Virus record (IMG/VR): IMGVR_UViG_3300034691_000045
Coordinates: 1 to 37,465 of that record
DNA length: 37,465 nucleotides
Origin: a virus
Lineage: Duplodnaviria; Caudoviricetes
Direction: 5' to 3' (one strand)
Shown one piece after another: positions 15,372 to 24,088 of the stretch. Under the pieces are notes generated by a model that was not told where the DNA came from, did no database searches, and was given only the letters and a program-made list of their open reading frames with translations. The number at the start of each line of letters is the position of its first letter. The stretch's first letter is position 1. The translations under genes were made by a program, and so were the position numbers.

Positions 15372-16264
15372 GCGACCTGGAGGCGCGCATAGAGGCGACG
15401 CGGGCGATCGCCAGGACGCGGGGGAAGAAAGCGGTAGCCGGTCCTTTGGAGCCGCCCGCACCAGCTCCCGCTGGGACGCTTCCGAAGTGGCCTGAGCCGG
15501 TACGCGGAGTCCCCAACGGGATGCTGCGCTCTTCCTTATTTGGAGCCGTCGCCAGGGGACCGCGGGTATTTCTCACCGGCGTTCACGTTGCCAGTGTTGC
15601 CGGAATCGACCTGCTCTACACTGGCCCGCGGCTCGATCAGGCCGACCTGGACGTGTGGGAATCATGCCTGCACCGAGCGCGACACGCCCCTCTGACCACG
15701 CCGATAGCCTTTACCGCCAGAGAGTTTTTACGATCCATTGGGCGCTGCTCCGGGGGCAAGGACTTGGAATGGATCAAGAACGCGATCCGCCGCCTGACTT
15801 CCGCGAAGGTGGAGATTGTCGAAAAAGGAAAGCCGGCGAGGTCGGGTAATCTGCTCGCCAAGTACGAGCGCGACGATCAGGACCAGCACTATGTCGTCTG
15901 GGTCGATCCGGAGATTTCCGCGTTCTATGGGGTGAGCGACTGGACGCAAGTCCAATGGGAGCAGCGCCTGAAGCTCAAAGGCATGGCCCTTGCTCAATGG
16001 CTGCACGGCTTCTACGCCACCCATGCTAAACCCCATCCACTCAAGGTCGAGACCTTGCACCGGTTGTGCGGCAGCGAGACCAAGGCGCTGAACGACTTCC
16101 GACCGAAGTTGCGGGTTGCACTGGAACGGGTCACCGCCGCGACCGGCTGGACCTGGACCCTGGGCGCCGACGACTTGGTGCGCGTCGAGGTCGTTCCAAG
16201 CCGCAGCCAGCGCCAACACCTGATGCACCGGAAAGGGCCGACAGACTCGTTTTCCGGGCGTTAA
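15368..16264 (+). CDS. trfA: TrfA-family plasmid replication initiator
   Basis: LPKWPE.VRGVPN..LRSSLFG, YTG.RLDQ.DLDVW, LAQWLHGFYATH..P.PLKVETLH.LCGS motifs; iterons directly downstream. Confidence 0.85.
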   Translation: MSDLEARIEATRAIARTRGKKAVAGPLEPPAPAPAGTLPKWPEPVRGVPNGMLRSSLFGAVARGPRVFLTGVHVASVAGIDLLYTGPRLDQADLDVWESCLHRARHAPLTTPIAFTAREFLRSIGRCSGGKDLEWIKNAIRRLTSAKVEIVEKGKPARSGNLLAKYERDDQDQHYVVWVDPEISAFYGVSDWTQVQWEQRLKLKGMALAQWLHGFYATHAKPHPLKVETLHRLCGSETKALNDFRPKLRVALERVTAATGWTWTLGADDLVRVEVVPSRSQRQHLMHRKGPTDSFSGR

Positions 16265-16265
16265 G

Positions 16266-16458
16266 TTATGCACGGGGGTGCGGGATAGAAGGCGCACTTG
16301 GCGCCCCAGGGTGCGGGATAGAAGGCGCCGACCCGCGGGATAGAAGGCGCCAGGGTGCGGGATAGAAGGCGCCGATGGTATTGACTATACCCAGATATAT
16401 CAATGACGTGTGCGCGCTTGGCGGACCCGCTAATCTTCTCTTAATCTGAACTTAAATC
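16266..16458. promoter_or_regulatory. Plasmid-type replication origin (oriV-like)
   Basis: DnaA-box-like TTATGCACG (16266-16274); four GCGGGATAGAAGGCGC iterons at 16280, 16313, 16335, 16357; IHF-like TATCAATGACGTG; AT-rich TAATCT repeats ~16431-16458. Confidence 0.82.
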
Positions 16459-16675
16459 CGCGCGCGCGGCTTCGCCTGCGGCGCACGGGACTTTTTACAC
16501 GCTTCGCCAGAATAAAAGAGGGGACCAGCGCCAACCGGCCACGCCCGCGCTTTGGCCGATAGCTGGCCGATAGCCCGCGCACCATCGCGCCCGCCCTAAC
16601 CCGCTACCAGGTTGCGCGCTACGCTCCAAGTTGTATTCTGAGGGACAGGCCAGCCCGCACCGGACGGCGCGGGGT

Positions 16676-16936
16676 TCAGGCGGAAGCGGAGGCCGCGGCT
16701 GAAGCGGAGACGGTAGCCCGGCGGGACCGCGGCTTGAGCGCAGGCGCCACCGGCAGGCCGAACGCTTCGGGGTGCATCAGTTGCAGAAGCTGGCGGCGCG
16801 CCTTGGAGATCCCGACCTGGCGCCACTCCGACACGGAGGACGATTTGATCTGGCACAGCCGAGACACGGCGGCAGTTCCACCAAGCCGGTCGATAATTGC
16901 TGAGTCTGGATGTAGGGATTTAGCGTCGTGGTTCAT
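16676..16936 (-). CDS. Cro-like HTH regulator 2
   Basis: IIDRLGGTAAVSRLCQIKSSSVSEWRQ.GI..AR..L.L.HPEAF, typical phage Cro/YdaS-like. Confidence 0.8.
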   Translation of the reverse strand: MNHDAKSLHPDSAIIDRLGGTAAVSRLCQIKSSSVSEWRQVGISKARRQLLQLMHPEAFGLPVAPALKPRSRRATVSASAAASASA

Positions 16937-16973
16937 GGTGGCGATCCTGACCGCATAGCGCGGGACTCTTACG

Positions 16974-17089
16974 GTAGGGCAGCCGCATCCAGGAAGTCAA
17001 ATAGTCGCTATGTAGTCGCTCCAGTACGACGTAGGTAGCCCTAATATTTCGACTATGACCCCGTTGTATAGGTTGGTAGGGTAGCCTAC
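16974..17089. promoter_or_regulatory. Divergent control region with palindromic operators
   Basis: TAGG-N4-CCTA at 17032-17043 and 17077-17088; degenerate GTAGGGCAGCCGCA at 16974-16987; AT-rich. Confidence 0.65.
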
Positions 17090-17136
17090 TATGGGCGCAC
17101 CCCAACAGCGATCGATCTAACCAGCGGATCAACCCC

Positions 17137-17334
17137 ATGCACGCCATCACACTTAACCGCCACCCCTCTCCCGCCTACGCCCTGAGCGCCGCTCGCGGGT
17201 TCATGCCGGACCCGCGTTACGGCGCCAGCCGCCCCGACCCCAACGCCCCGGACCTGGACGACGACGGGCACCTGGAGCCCGACTTCCCGTGCACCCTGGC
17301 ACCGTTCGGCGTGGTCGCCGTGGAGGACTTCTGA
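17137..17334 (+). CDS. Hypothetical protein, first gene of early operon
   Basis: 65-aa ORF coupled to the next gene. Confidence 0.55.
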   Translation: MHAITLNRHPSPAYALSAARGFMPDPRYGASRPDPNAPDLDDDGHLEPDFPCTLAPFGVVAVEDF

Positions 17335-17627
17335 TGGCCGCTAAGCCCTTCCCCTCCGAGATCGCCGATGTCGTGGTCAGCGGCGCGAAGCCTAACCCGG
17401 CGTTCAGCGACGAGATGAACGCCTGCACCCACTTCCTGCAATACCGCCGCGCCGTCCCCTGCGCCCATTGCGGGAAGATGAAGCGCAAACACTGGACCTA
17501 TCTCCAGTTCTTCCGGGTTGGGGAGTTGGTCGCCTTCGCCGTGAGGCTCTCGGACAAGGAGTACCCGCCGCTGACCCCGGTGTGCACCGACCACCTGTTG
17601 CGGCCCACGCACGAGGTCCAGTCGTGA
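17334..17627 (+). CDS. Putative Zn-binding hypothetical protein
   Basis: GGAGG RBS, TGATG overlap; CAHC..PVCTDH. Confidence 0.65.
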   Translation: MAAKPFPSEIADVVVSGAKPNPAFSDEMNACTHFLQYRRAVPCAHCGKMKRKHWTYLQFFRVGELVAFAVRLSDKEYPPLTPVCTDHLLRPTHEVQS

Positions 17628-17860
17628 GCGCCCCCGTCTTCATCGTCACCTTCCGCCCGCCGCGCACCGCAGTCGTCGGCGCCCCCGTCATCCCGACCGT
17701 CGGCTACCGGGTCGACTACCGCCAGGAGGCCGAGGACGCGATCAGCGATGCGGCCGTCGCCGCGGCGCGCGAACTTCCGGGCTGGCTGTACCTGCACTGC
17801 CGCGTCGAGGTCAAGATCCCCGCCGACTCCCACCACCACGCACAGAGGATCGCCGCATGA
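17624..17860 (+). CDS. Hypothetical protein
   Basis: GTGA overlap, GAGG RBS. Confidence 0.55.
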   Translation: MSAPVFIVTFRPPRTAVVGAPVIPTVGYRVDYRQEAEDAISDAAVAAARELPGWLYLHCRVEVKIPADSHHHAQRIAA

Positions 17861-19179
17861 GCACCGTCCCGATGACCTACGAACAACAGCGCGCGGTCGC
17901 GCTCACCCCGGCCCTGATCCCGTTGTCTGACATTGAGCGGATGGCCGGCGCCATCGCCAAGTCCCAACTGTTCGGCGTCAAGAGCCCGGATCAGGCGCTG
18001 GCGCTCATGCTCATCGCGCAAGCGGAAGGCCGCCACCCGGCCATCGCCGCGCGCGACTACCACATTATCCAGGGCCGCCCGACGCTCAAGGCCGACGCGA
18101 TCCTGGCCCGCTTCCAGGAAGCGGGCGGGCGGGTCGAGTGGCACGCCTACACCGACACCAACGTCGACGCCACCTTCACTCACCCCTCCGGCGGCAGTCT
18201 GCGCCTGGAGTGGACCATTGACCGCGCCAAGCAGGCGGGCCTGCTCGGAAACGACACATGGAAGAAATTCCCGCGGGCGATGCTGCGGGCGCGGGTGATC
18301 TCGGAAGGGGTACGCACGATGCTGCCGGGCGTGATGTGCGGGGTCTACACACCCGAGGAGGTCAGCGACATGGAGCCGGCGCGCCCGCGGCCCACCAACG
18401 TGCGCAACATGGGCCGCGCCGAGCGGGTCGATACCGCGCCGGCCGCCACGCAACCCGCCCCCGAGCGCGCCAGCGCCCCGCAGGAGCCGCCCCAGACCCC
18501 GGCCGACCCTGACCCACGGACCCACACCGCGAGTTCGCCAGCGACCGACCAGACCCCGCCCCCCGGCCCCTACATCAGCGAGGCGCAGCACCGGCGCCTG
18601 GAGGCGCGCATCCACGAGATGGGCCTGAAGCGCGAGCGCGTGAAAGACTGGATCGCCCGCGCCTGGCGGGTGCAGCACCTCAACGAATTGCCCGAGGCCC
18701 TGCACGACAAGCTCGATGTGAAGCTGGAGGAGTGGGCCGCGCAGGCGCAGTTGCGTGCCGAGCGCGAGGCCGCCGAGGCCGCGCAGCAAACCGCGGCCGA
18801 GGTCCAGCCTAGCGCCGCGGTGCTTGATCTGCGCCGGCAGGCCGCCGCCGCGCGGGCCGAGGCCAACGCAGACAGCAACCCGCCGGCGCGCGCCGATGCC
18901 GACTGGCGGGCCGCGGAGTTGAACGCACAGGCCGCCAGCCTGTACGCGCAGGAGATCGCCGCCAAGACCGAGACCTACGATGACCGCGCGCGCCGCCTGG
19001 AGCAGGCCGCGGCCGAGCGCGTGCCCGGCGCCGACGATGATGCGGGGGATGGCGAGGCGATGACCGGCGAGGTGTTGCCGGCCGCGCCGGACCCGGCCCC
19101 CACGCGAGGTAAGAAGCGCGGTAAGGCCCCGGCGCACGATCCGGAAACTGGCGAGTGGCTGGACGCGGCGGGAGTATGA
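17857..19179 (+). CDS. RecT/Redbeta-like single-strand annealing protein with long C-terminal extension
   Basis: YHIIQGRPTLKAD, WTIDRAKQAGL..WKKFPRAMLRAR.ISEGVR..PGV..GVYTPEE; acidic tail HDPETGEW. Confidence 0.8.
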   Translation: MSTVPMTYEQQRAVALTPALIPLSDIERMAGAIAKSQLFGVKSPDQALALMLIAQAEGRHPAIAARDYHIIQGRPTLKADAILARFQEAGGRVEWHAYTDTNVDATFTHPSGGSLRLEWTIDRAKQAGLLGNDTWKKFPRAMLRARVISEGVRTMLPGVMCGVYTPEEVSDMEPARPRPTNVRNMGRAERVDTAPAATQPAPERASAPQEPPQTPADPDPRTHTASSPATDQTPPPGPYISEAQHRRLEARIHEMGLKRERVKDWIARAWRVQHLNELPEALHDKLDVKLEEWAAQAQLRAEREAAEAAQQTAAEVQPSAAVLDLRRQAAAARAEANADSNPPARADADWRAAELNAQAASLYAQEIAAKTETYDDRARRLEQAAAERVPGADDDAGDGEAMTGEVLPAAPDPAPTRGKKRGKAPAHDPETGEWLDAAGV

Positions 19180-19349
19180 AGATGAACCAGTACGAACGAG
19201 AGGAAGATCGCCTTGATCGCGACTTGCGCGAGGGACTGATCACGCGAGAAGAGTTCAGACAGCAACTGCGCGAACTGCAACGCGAGCAGCGGGGCGCGGC
19301 AGAGGAGGCCGCCGAGCGCGCCTACAACGACGCGATGGGGCGGTGGTAG
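19176..19349 (+). CDS. Small charged helical protein
   Basis: ATGA overlap; GLITREEF motif. Confidence 0.6.
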   Translation: MKMNQYEREEDRLDRDLREGLITREEFRQQLRELQREQRGAAEEAAERAYNDAMGRW

Positions 19350-19351
19350 CC

Positions 19352-19732
19352 ATGGACAACAAGTGGCAACCGATGGACACCGCACCCCGCGACGGGACCC
19401 CGATCGTGGCCTGGTGCGATCATGCAGCAGACCCCTACGTCGAGGAACCTGGCGGGCACACGCTGACCGCCTATGGCGCCTGGGCCGAGGGTGAGGGGCA
19501 TGTGGATGACGGGCTGAACGTGGTGCAGTGGGGCGGGGGATACAGCGACGACGGCGGACTGGAAGGCCCGCACGAGGAAATGCCCGATTGGTGGTTTCTG
19601 CGCGGCAGCGAGTTCCAGATCCCGGCCAACCCGGTGCGGTGGTTTCCGATTCTGACACCGGCTGAAGCGGCGCGGCAGCGGGACCTGGCGCGCCAGATCG
19701 ATGCGGCCGTTCGAGCCGCAGGTGGTGCGTGA
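19352..19732 (+). CDS. DUF551-like phage protein
   Basis: WQPMDTAPRDGT...P.RW.P. Confidence 0.7.
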   Translation: MDNKWQPMDTAPRDGTPIVAWCDHAADPYVEEPGGHTLTAYGAWAEGEGHVDDGLNVVQWGGGYSDDGGLEGPHEEMPDWWFLRGSEFQIPANPVRWFPILTPAEAARQRDLARQIDAAVRAAGGA

Positions 19733-19953
19733 TGGACCTTGACGCGATCCAAGCCGGCCAGCGGGTGATCTATGTGCCAAACCACGCCAACGGCGACCCT
19801 ACCCACAAGGACTGCGAGCACGGCATGGTCAGCAGTAAGAACCACGTCAACGCTTTTGTGCGCTTCGACCAATCGGTGGCGCGGCATGGGTGGGAGCGCG
19901 CCACCGCCCAATCGTGCGACCCCGCGACGTTGGTCCCGGAGGTGTCCTGGTGA
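19729..19953 (+). CDS. Hypothetical protein
   Basis: Coupled 74-aa ORF. Confidence 0.65.
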   Translation: MMDLDAIQAGQRVIYVPNHANGDPTHKDCEHGMVSSKNHVNAFVRFDQSVARHGWERATAQSCDPATLVPEVSW

Positions 19954-20285
19954 CCATCAGCACCGGCCAGACCGAGCCTGCCGCAACCATCAACGAAACC
20001 GCCCTGGAGACCCCCATGCCCCTGTACGCCGTTGACATGGATTGCTGTGTCTTGGTGATCGCCGACAACCTGCGGCAGGCCGAGGAGATTGCCCTGGGCC
20101 AGATCGCGAGCCCCCTGCGTTCCGATTTTCGCGTCTCTTCGGGTTTGATCGAGAAGACCGCCGACCTGGATGACCTGGGTATTGAATTGACACTGGAGCG
20201 GAGACTGGTCGGTTCCGACCCCGGCGACACCCGCACCATCGGCGACCACCTGGCCGCGGGTGCGGCGCCTGGGGGTGAGGCTTGA
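19950..20285 (+). CDS. Hypothetical protein
   Basis: GGAGG RBS, GTGA overlap. Confidence 0.55.
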   Translation: MTISTGQTEPAATINETALETPMPLYAVDMDCCVLVIADNLRQAEEIALGQIASPLRSDFRVSSGLIEKTADLDDLGIELTLERRLVGSDPGDTRTIGDHLAAGAAPGGEA

Positions 20286-20503
20286 GCACCGCGGAGCTTC
20301 GTCCATGCCCCTTCTGCGGCGGTCGGGTCGGGGCGGTTCAGACGCACCCCAACGGCGATGCGTTCGTCTACTGCCAGCCGTGCGCGGTGCAGTTTGATTT
20401 CGGGCGAGCCGGCGATCGCGTGATCGAGGCGGTTTTCAACCGCCGGGCGCCCGCCACCGCGGCGCGTCCGCACCGACAATCCGCCGCTGGAGGCCAGCCA
20501 TGA
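20282..20503 (+). CDS. Lar-family restriction alleviation-like Zn-ribbon protein
   Basis: ELRPCPFCGG..VYC..C..FNRRA. Confidence 0.7.
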   Translation: MSTAELRPCPFCGGRVGAVQTHPNGDAFVYCQPCAVQFDFGRAGDRVIEAVFNRRAPATAARPHRQSAAGGQP

Positions 20504-20919
20504 GCACCGATCTGGAGTGGTACGGCTACCAGCACATTGACGGCTCGGTCCACCTGAAGCGCCACACGCCCGGAGACGATCCGGTGGCGCGCGACCTGGC
20601 TGGCAACGCCTTCGTGGCGGCGATCGTCCCGCCGTTTTCCGCGCCGGATCGCGCGTCGGCGTTGGCGATGCTCAAGGAGCGCCTGCACCGGCCCGCGACG
20701 CTCGCGGAACTGTTCGACGCCTACCGGCGCACCGGGATCCCGCGCGACGCCCCGGCAGTCCAGGTGAGCGAGATGCGCAAGGGGTTCTACTGCGGCGCTG
20801 CGGCGATCCTGTCGATCATGGCGGGGTTTGACGACGACATGGACGAGGAGGTCGGAGCGCAGCACTTGGGCAATCTCGACGCCGAGTGCCGGGCGTTCTT
20901 CAAGAGGCTGAGGCACTGA
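20500..20919 (+). CDS. Hypothetical protein
   Basis: GGAGG RBS; 139 aa. Confidence 0.7.
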   Translation: MSTDLEWYGYQHIDGSVHLKRHTPGDDPVARDLAGNAFVAAIVPPFSAPDRASALAMLKERLHRPATLAELFDAYRRTGIPRDAPAVQVSEMRKGFYCGAAAILSIMAGFDDDMDEEVGAQHLGNLDAECRAFFKRLRH

Positions 20920-21122
20920 TGGGCTCTCAAACCGAAACCGAGTACCGCGTCTGGGCCATCATCGGCCCCGGCGGCGTGGTCGCCGACAGCGACTTCCAGG
21001 ACGAGGCCGCGGCCTGGCGGGTCGTGCTGGGTTGGCCGGATGCCGACGACATCGCCGCGGCTAAGGCGCGGGGATTTCGGGCGGTCTACGGTCGGTTCGT
21101 GGTGGATGGCGGGGGCGAGTGA
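20919..21122 (+). CDS. Hypothetical protein
   Basis: TGATG overlap, GAGG RBS. Confidence 0.6.
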   Translation: MGSQTETEYRVWAIIGPGGVVADSDFQDEAAAWRVVLGWPDADDIAAAKARGFRAVYGRFVVDGGGE

Positions 21123-21385
21123 TGACCTACGAAGCGTGGCGCATTTCCTACCAGTCCGACGAACAAGCGGCGCGAGCGGCCTTCGCGGAGGTCGAGCGGT
21201 TACGGCGCGGCCGGATCGCCGATTTCGTCGCCGGCGTGCGGTGGTGGGAGTTCAGCCGCACCGGTGCGACCCTGTGGGGTGAGGACCGGCAGCTGGCTGA
21301 GGCCGCGGCGGTGGCGCGGTTGGCGGCAGAGCAGGCGCCGCCTGATTCCGACCATGACCAACCAGCGCACTGTCAAGCCATTTAA
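21119..21385 (+). CDS. Hypothetical protein
   Basis: Coupled ORF MTYEAWRISYQS.. Confidence 0.6.
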   Translation: MMTYEAWRISYQSDEQAARAAFAEVERLRRGRIADFVAGVRWWEFSRTGATLWGEDRQLAEAAAVARLAAEQAPPDSDHDQPAHCQAI

Positions 21386-21574
21386 TTTAGGCCAAGCGTC
21401 GCGACCCGCCCGTCGGGAAAACGCGGTGCGCGACGCTGGCCTGGCTGCCGCCCCTGTGGTACTCGCGCCCGCGCGCCCGGACGCGCCGTTACAGCGTCGT
21501 TTGCGGTAGCGCAAGTCCGTGATTTATTTAACATAATTGGTATTATCGGCCATAGTTCACGAAGCGAGTAATTT

Positions 21575-21895
21575 ATGAGCGACCCAGAGAGCCCAGAAAA
21601 AACGGAAAACGAAGCGTGGTATGACGCCGAGATTGCGCCGGCGTTGGCCGCACTGGCAATCCGCTGCCAGGAGCGCGGCATGTCGTTCATAGCAACCGTC
21701 GAGTACGATCACGGCGAACGCGCGGGGACTTATTACCTGATCGAAGACGGAGGACTGGAAATGCAGATGCAATACTACTGTGCAATGACGGTCCCGAGCG
21801 TCGACGCCTACGTTATAAAGCTGATCCGCCACTGCAAGCGTAAAGGGATCGACACGTCAGGCAGTCTCGTGTTGAGCAGGAGCGAGATCCCTTGA
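21575..21895 (+). CDS. Hypothetical protein behind an AT-rich intergenic region
   Basis: 106-aa ORF; AT-rich 21520-21575 upstream. Confidence 0.7.
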   Translation: MSDPESPEKTENEAWYDAEIAPALAALAIRCQERGMSFIATVEYDHGERAGTYYLIEDGGLEMQMQYYCAMTVPSVDAYVIKLIRHCKRKGIDTSGSLVLSRSEIP

Positions 21896-22260
21896 CCGCC
21901 CCCGCCCCAGCCGATAATGCCGATCTGAACGCCGCGGTCGCCGCCGAGCGTGTGCGCTGCGCGGCCATCGTTGACGCCCAGCCCGACCACGGGATCAGTT
22001 ACCGCTCGCTGTGGCGGATTTCCGAACTGATCCGCGCGGGGGGCGCGCCACCGACGACGCCCGCGCGCCGTACCGATCCAGATTCAGATCTGCGCCGCGA
22101 CGCCGAGCGATACCTGGCGCTGCGAGACAGCGGATATTTCGCATACGGATTCGATCCGTTGACAGGAAAATGTGTCTGGACGCTTGCAGGCAGCGCTGAC
22201 GTTCAAATCACCGACATTGACGCCGCCGCCGATGCGCTGATTGCCAGGAAAGCACCATGA
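21892..22260 (+). CDS. Hypothetical protein
   Basis: AERVRCAAI and RRDAERY.ALR phage motifs. Confidence 0.65.
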   Translation: MTAPAPADNADLNAAVAAERVRCAAIVDAQPDHGISYRSLWRISELIRAGGAPPTTPARRTDPDSDLRRDAERYLALRDSGYFAYGFDPLTGKCVWTLAGSADVQITDIDAAADALIARKAP

Positions 22261-22823
22261 CCACCCCAGCCCCTGCGGCCAGCCAACACCCCGGAGCCGT
22301 CGCCACCTGGCTGCGCCGCACCGTGGCGGCCCTGCGATCCTATCAGGCCCATGAACCCTTCGAGTTGGCAGTGCCCTGCGGGACCTGCACCGCCTGCTGC
22401 CACGGCTATGCCGTCGAGGTCCGCGCGAGCGACGACCAGACCTTGGAGACGGTACCAGGGACAGGCGACTACGACCGTATCCTGCCGCACGCCGACGACG
22501 GGGCCTGTGCGTACCTGATCGATGGTCGGTGTAGCGTCTATGCCCGGCGGCCGGCGAGTTGCCGAGAATACGATTGCCGGCGGTTGTTCTTCTGTCGGCT
22601 ACAGGGGGATCGTGCCGATATCAACGCGGCGATCAACCAATGGAGCCCGGAGCGCGTCTTCAAGACGCCAGAGGATCGCGCGGTCTTCCAGATGCTGATG
22701 GACGTGCGCGAGGAGGCGATGGCGAACGACAAGCGGGACAACGGCGGGCGCAACACGATCGAGTCGGCGGCGGTGGTCTGCGTGGCGCTGGCGTCCCAGC
22801 GGTTGGCGGGGGTGACGATATGA
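22257..22823 (+). CDS. YkgJ-family CxxCxxCC cysteine-cluster protein
   Basis: CGTCTACC..C.YL..GRCSVYARRPASCREYDC. Confidence 0.85.
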   Translation: MTTPAPAASQHPGAVATWLRRTVAALRSYQAHEPFELAVPCGTCTACCHGYAVEVRASDDQTLETVPGTGDYDRILPHADDGACAYLIDGRCSVYARRPASCREYDCRRLFFCRLQGDRADINAAINQWSPERVFKTPEDRAVFQMLMDVREEAMANDKRDNGGRNTIESAAVVCVALASQRLAGVTI

Positions 22824-23059
22824 ATATCATGAACGACTTGCACGCGGTTGGCCTGAATCCATTCGGCGTGCAATTGGTGGCCGAGTCGATGCTGAGGTCA
22901 CCGCTTGCGCCAATGAGCGTAACCCAACCGCTGACGCTGTTCTTCCCGGTTCATCGGGACGACTGCAAGGGCTGGCGCGGAGTGAAGATCACTCTCGAAG
23001 CGGTGCCAGATGAGGCCCAGAAGCCTGACGGCGAAGCGGACGGAGAGGCTAATGGATAA
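22820..23059 (+). CDS. Hypothetical protein
   Basis: ATGA overlap; 79 aa. Confidence 0.55.
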   Translation: MNIMNDLHAVGLNPFGVQLVAESMLRSPLAPMSVTQPLTLFFPVHRDDCKGWRGVKITLEAVPDEAQKPDGEADGEANG

Positions 23060-23282
23060 CGACGGACTGGATGTGGGCGCGACCGTCGATCGCATCATGG
23101 CCGCGCTTGCGGAGGTTCCCGCGGAGCAACACCTCGCTGCCGCTGAGGTGCTGGTCAACATCGGCATCGCGTTGATGAAGGGGCTGGCGCCATTGGAGCA
23201 GGTCCAAGGCTACCTGGAGGCGGCGACCAAAGACTGCCAGGAACCGAAACAAGTTGTGGCGCGGTTTTCGCCGCGGCATTAG
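23052..23282 (+). CDS. Hypothetical protein
   Basis: GGAGAGG RBS; 76 aa. Confidence 0.6.
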   Translation: MDNDGLDVGATVDRIMAALAEVPAEQHLAAAEVLVNIGIALMKGLAPLEQVQGYLEAATKDCQEPKQVVARFSPRH

Positions 23283-23300
23283 GCGGGGCCGGAGCCCCGC
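23283..23300. terminator. Hairpin between convergent genes
   Basis: GCGGGGC-CGGA-GCCCCGC. Confidence 0.5.
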
Positions 23301-23307
23301 GTCACGA

Positions 23308-23796
23308 TCAGACCGGTTCATCCTCGGCCGGCGTATTGGCCGTGATCGCATCGGCCAGTTCCTGAGACTGCGCCGCCAAACGATCGCTGAGTGCCTGCAC
23401 GGCCGTCGGATCATTGCTGGCCAGGGCGTCCTTGAGTTGCTGGGAAATCCCGTTGAGCAGGGTGATCGCCGAGTCGGCGACGGTTTCAATGGCGGTGACT
23501 TGTTCGGTCAGGGCGTCGAGGGAGACGGACATAGCGGAAAGCCTCGTGTGGATGGCGGAGAGCTGCGCGTCCAGGTGGTCGAGCAGATGGGGTGGGGCCG
23601 CGAACGACCCGAGATAGAGATTGTGGATCGTCACCTTGGTGTGCCCCAGGTGATCGGCGACCAGGTGCAGCCGATCCACTTCGGCCTGGGCCGCGCGCAA
23701 CAGCCGCTCGCACTCGCGCAGGCGATGCTCGGGGGTTCCGGTGAGGCGCCAGTAGGCGGCTTGTTGGTAGTCGTCGTAGTCGGCGGGCTTGGGCAT
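23308..23796 (-). CDS. Coiled-coil hypothetical protein
   Basis: 162-aa helical ORF opposite to its neighbours. Confidence 0.7.
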   Translation of the reverse strand: MPKPADYDDYQQAAYWRLTGTPEHRLRECERLLRAAQAEVDRLHLVADHLGHTKVTIHNLYLGSFAAPPHLLDHLDAQLSAIHTRLSAMSVSLDALTEQVTAIETVADSAITLLNGISQQLKDALASNDPTAVQALSDRLAAQSQELADAITANTPAEDEPV

Positions 23797-23851
23797 AGGG
23801 TCGCCTGGGGGTGGGATAACCTACTAATTATAGACGAAGAAGGCTTTGAGC

Positions 23852-24088
23852 ATGAAAGAACCCATCGAGGAAAAGTACGCCGTCGAGATGAACGAGATCG
23901 GGCGCATCTTGGACCATGCGCTGCACGGCGGCGGGTTCTGCCTGCTGGTGTTCGACCGCAACACCACCCAGGGGCGGATGAACTACATCAGCAACGCCGT
24001 GCGCGAGGACATGCTGGTGGCGCTCAAGGAGTTCATCGCCAACGCCGAGGGGCGGATGCTGCCCGAGTCGAGCGACCGCCATGACTAG
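23852..24088 (+). CDS. Hypothetical protein
   Basis: GFCLLVF..MNYISNA.REDM..ALKEFI; GC3-rich. Confidence 0.7.
   Translation: MKEPIEEKYAVEMNEIGRILDHALHGGGFCLLVFDRNTTQGRMNYISNAVREDMLVALKEFIANAEGRMLPESSDRHD

Noticed and set aside
16280-16372. Repeats as a possible CRISPR array
   Set aside because: 16-bp units with 6-17 bp gaps and no unique 30-40 bp spacers or cas genes; better explained as iterons beside a rep gene
17716-19137. 473-aa minus-strand ORF
   Set aside because: Antisense shadow of the RecT-like gene
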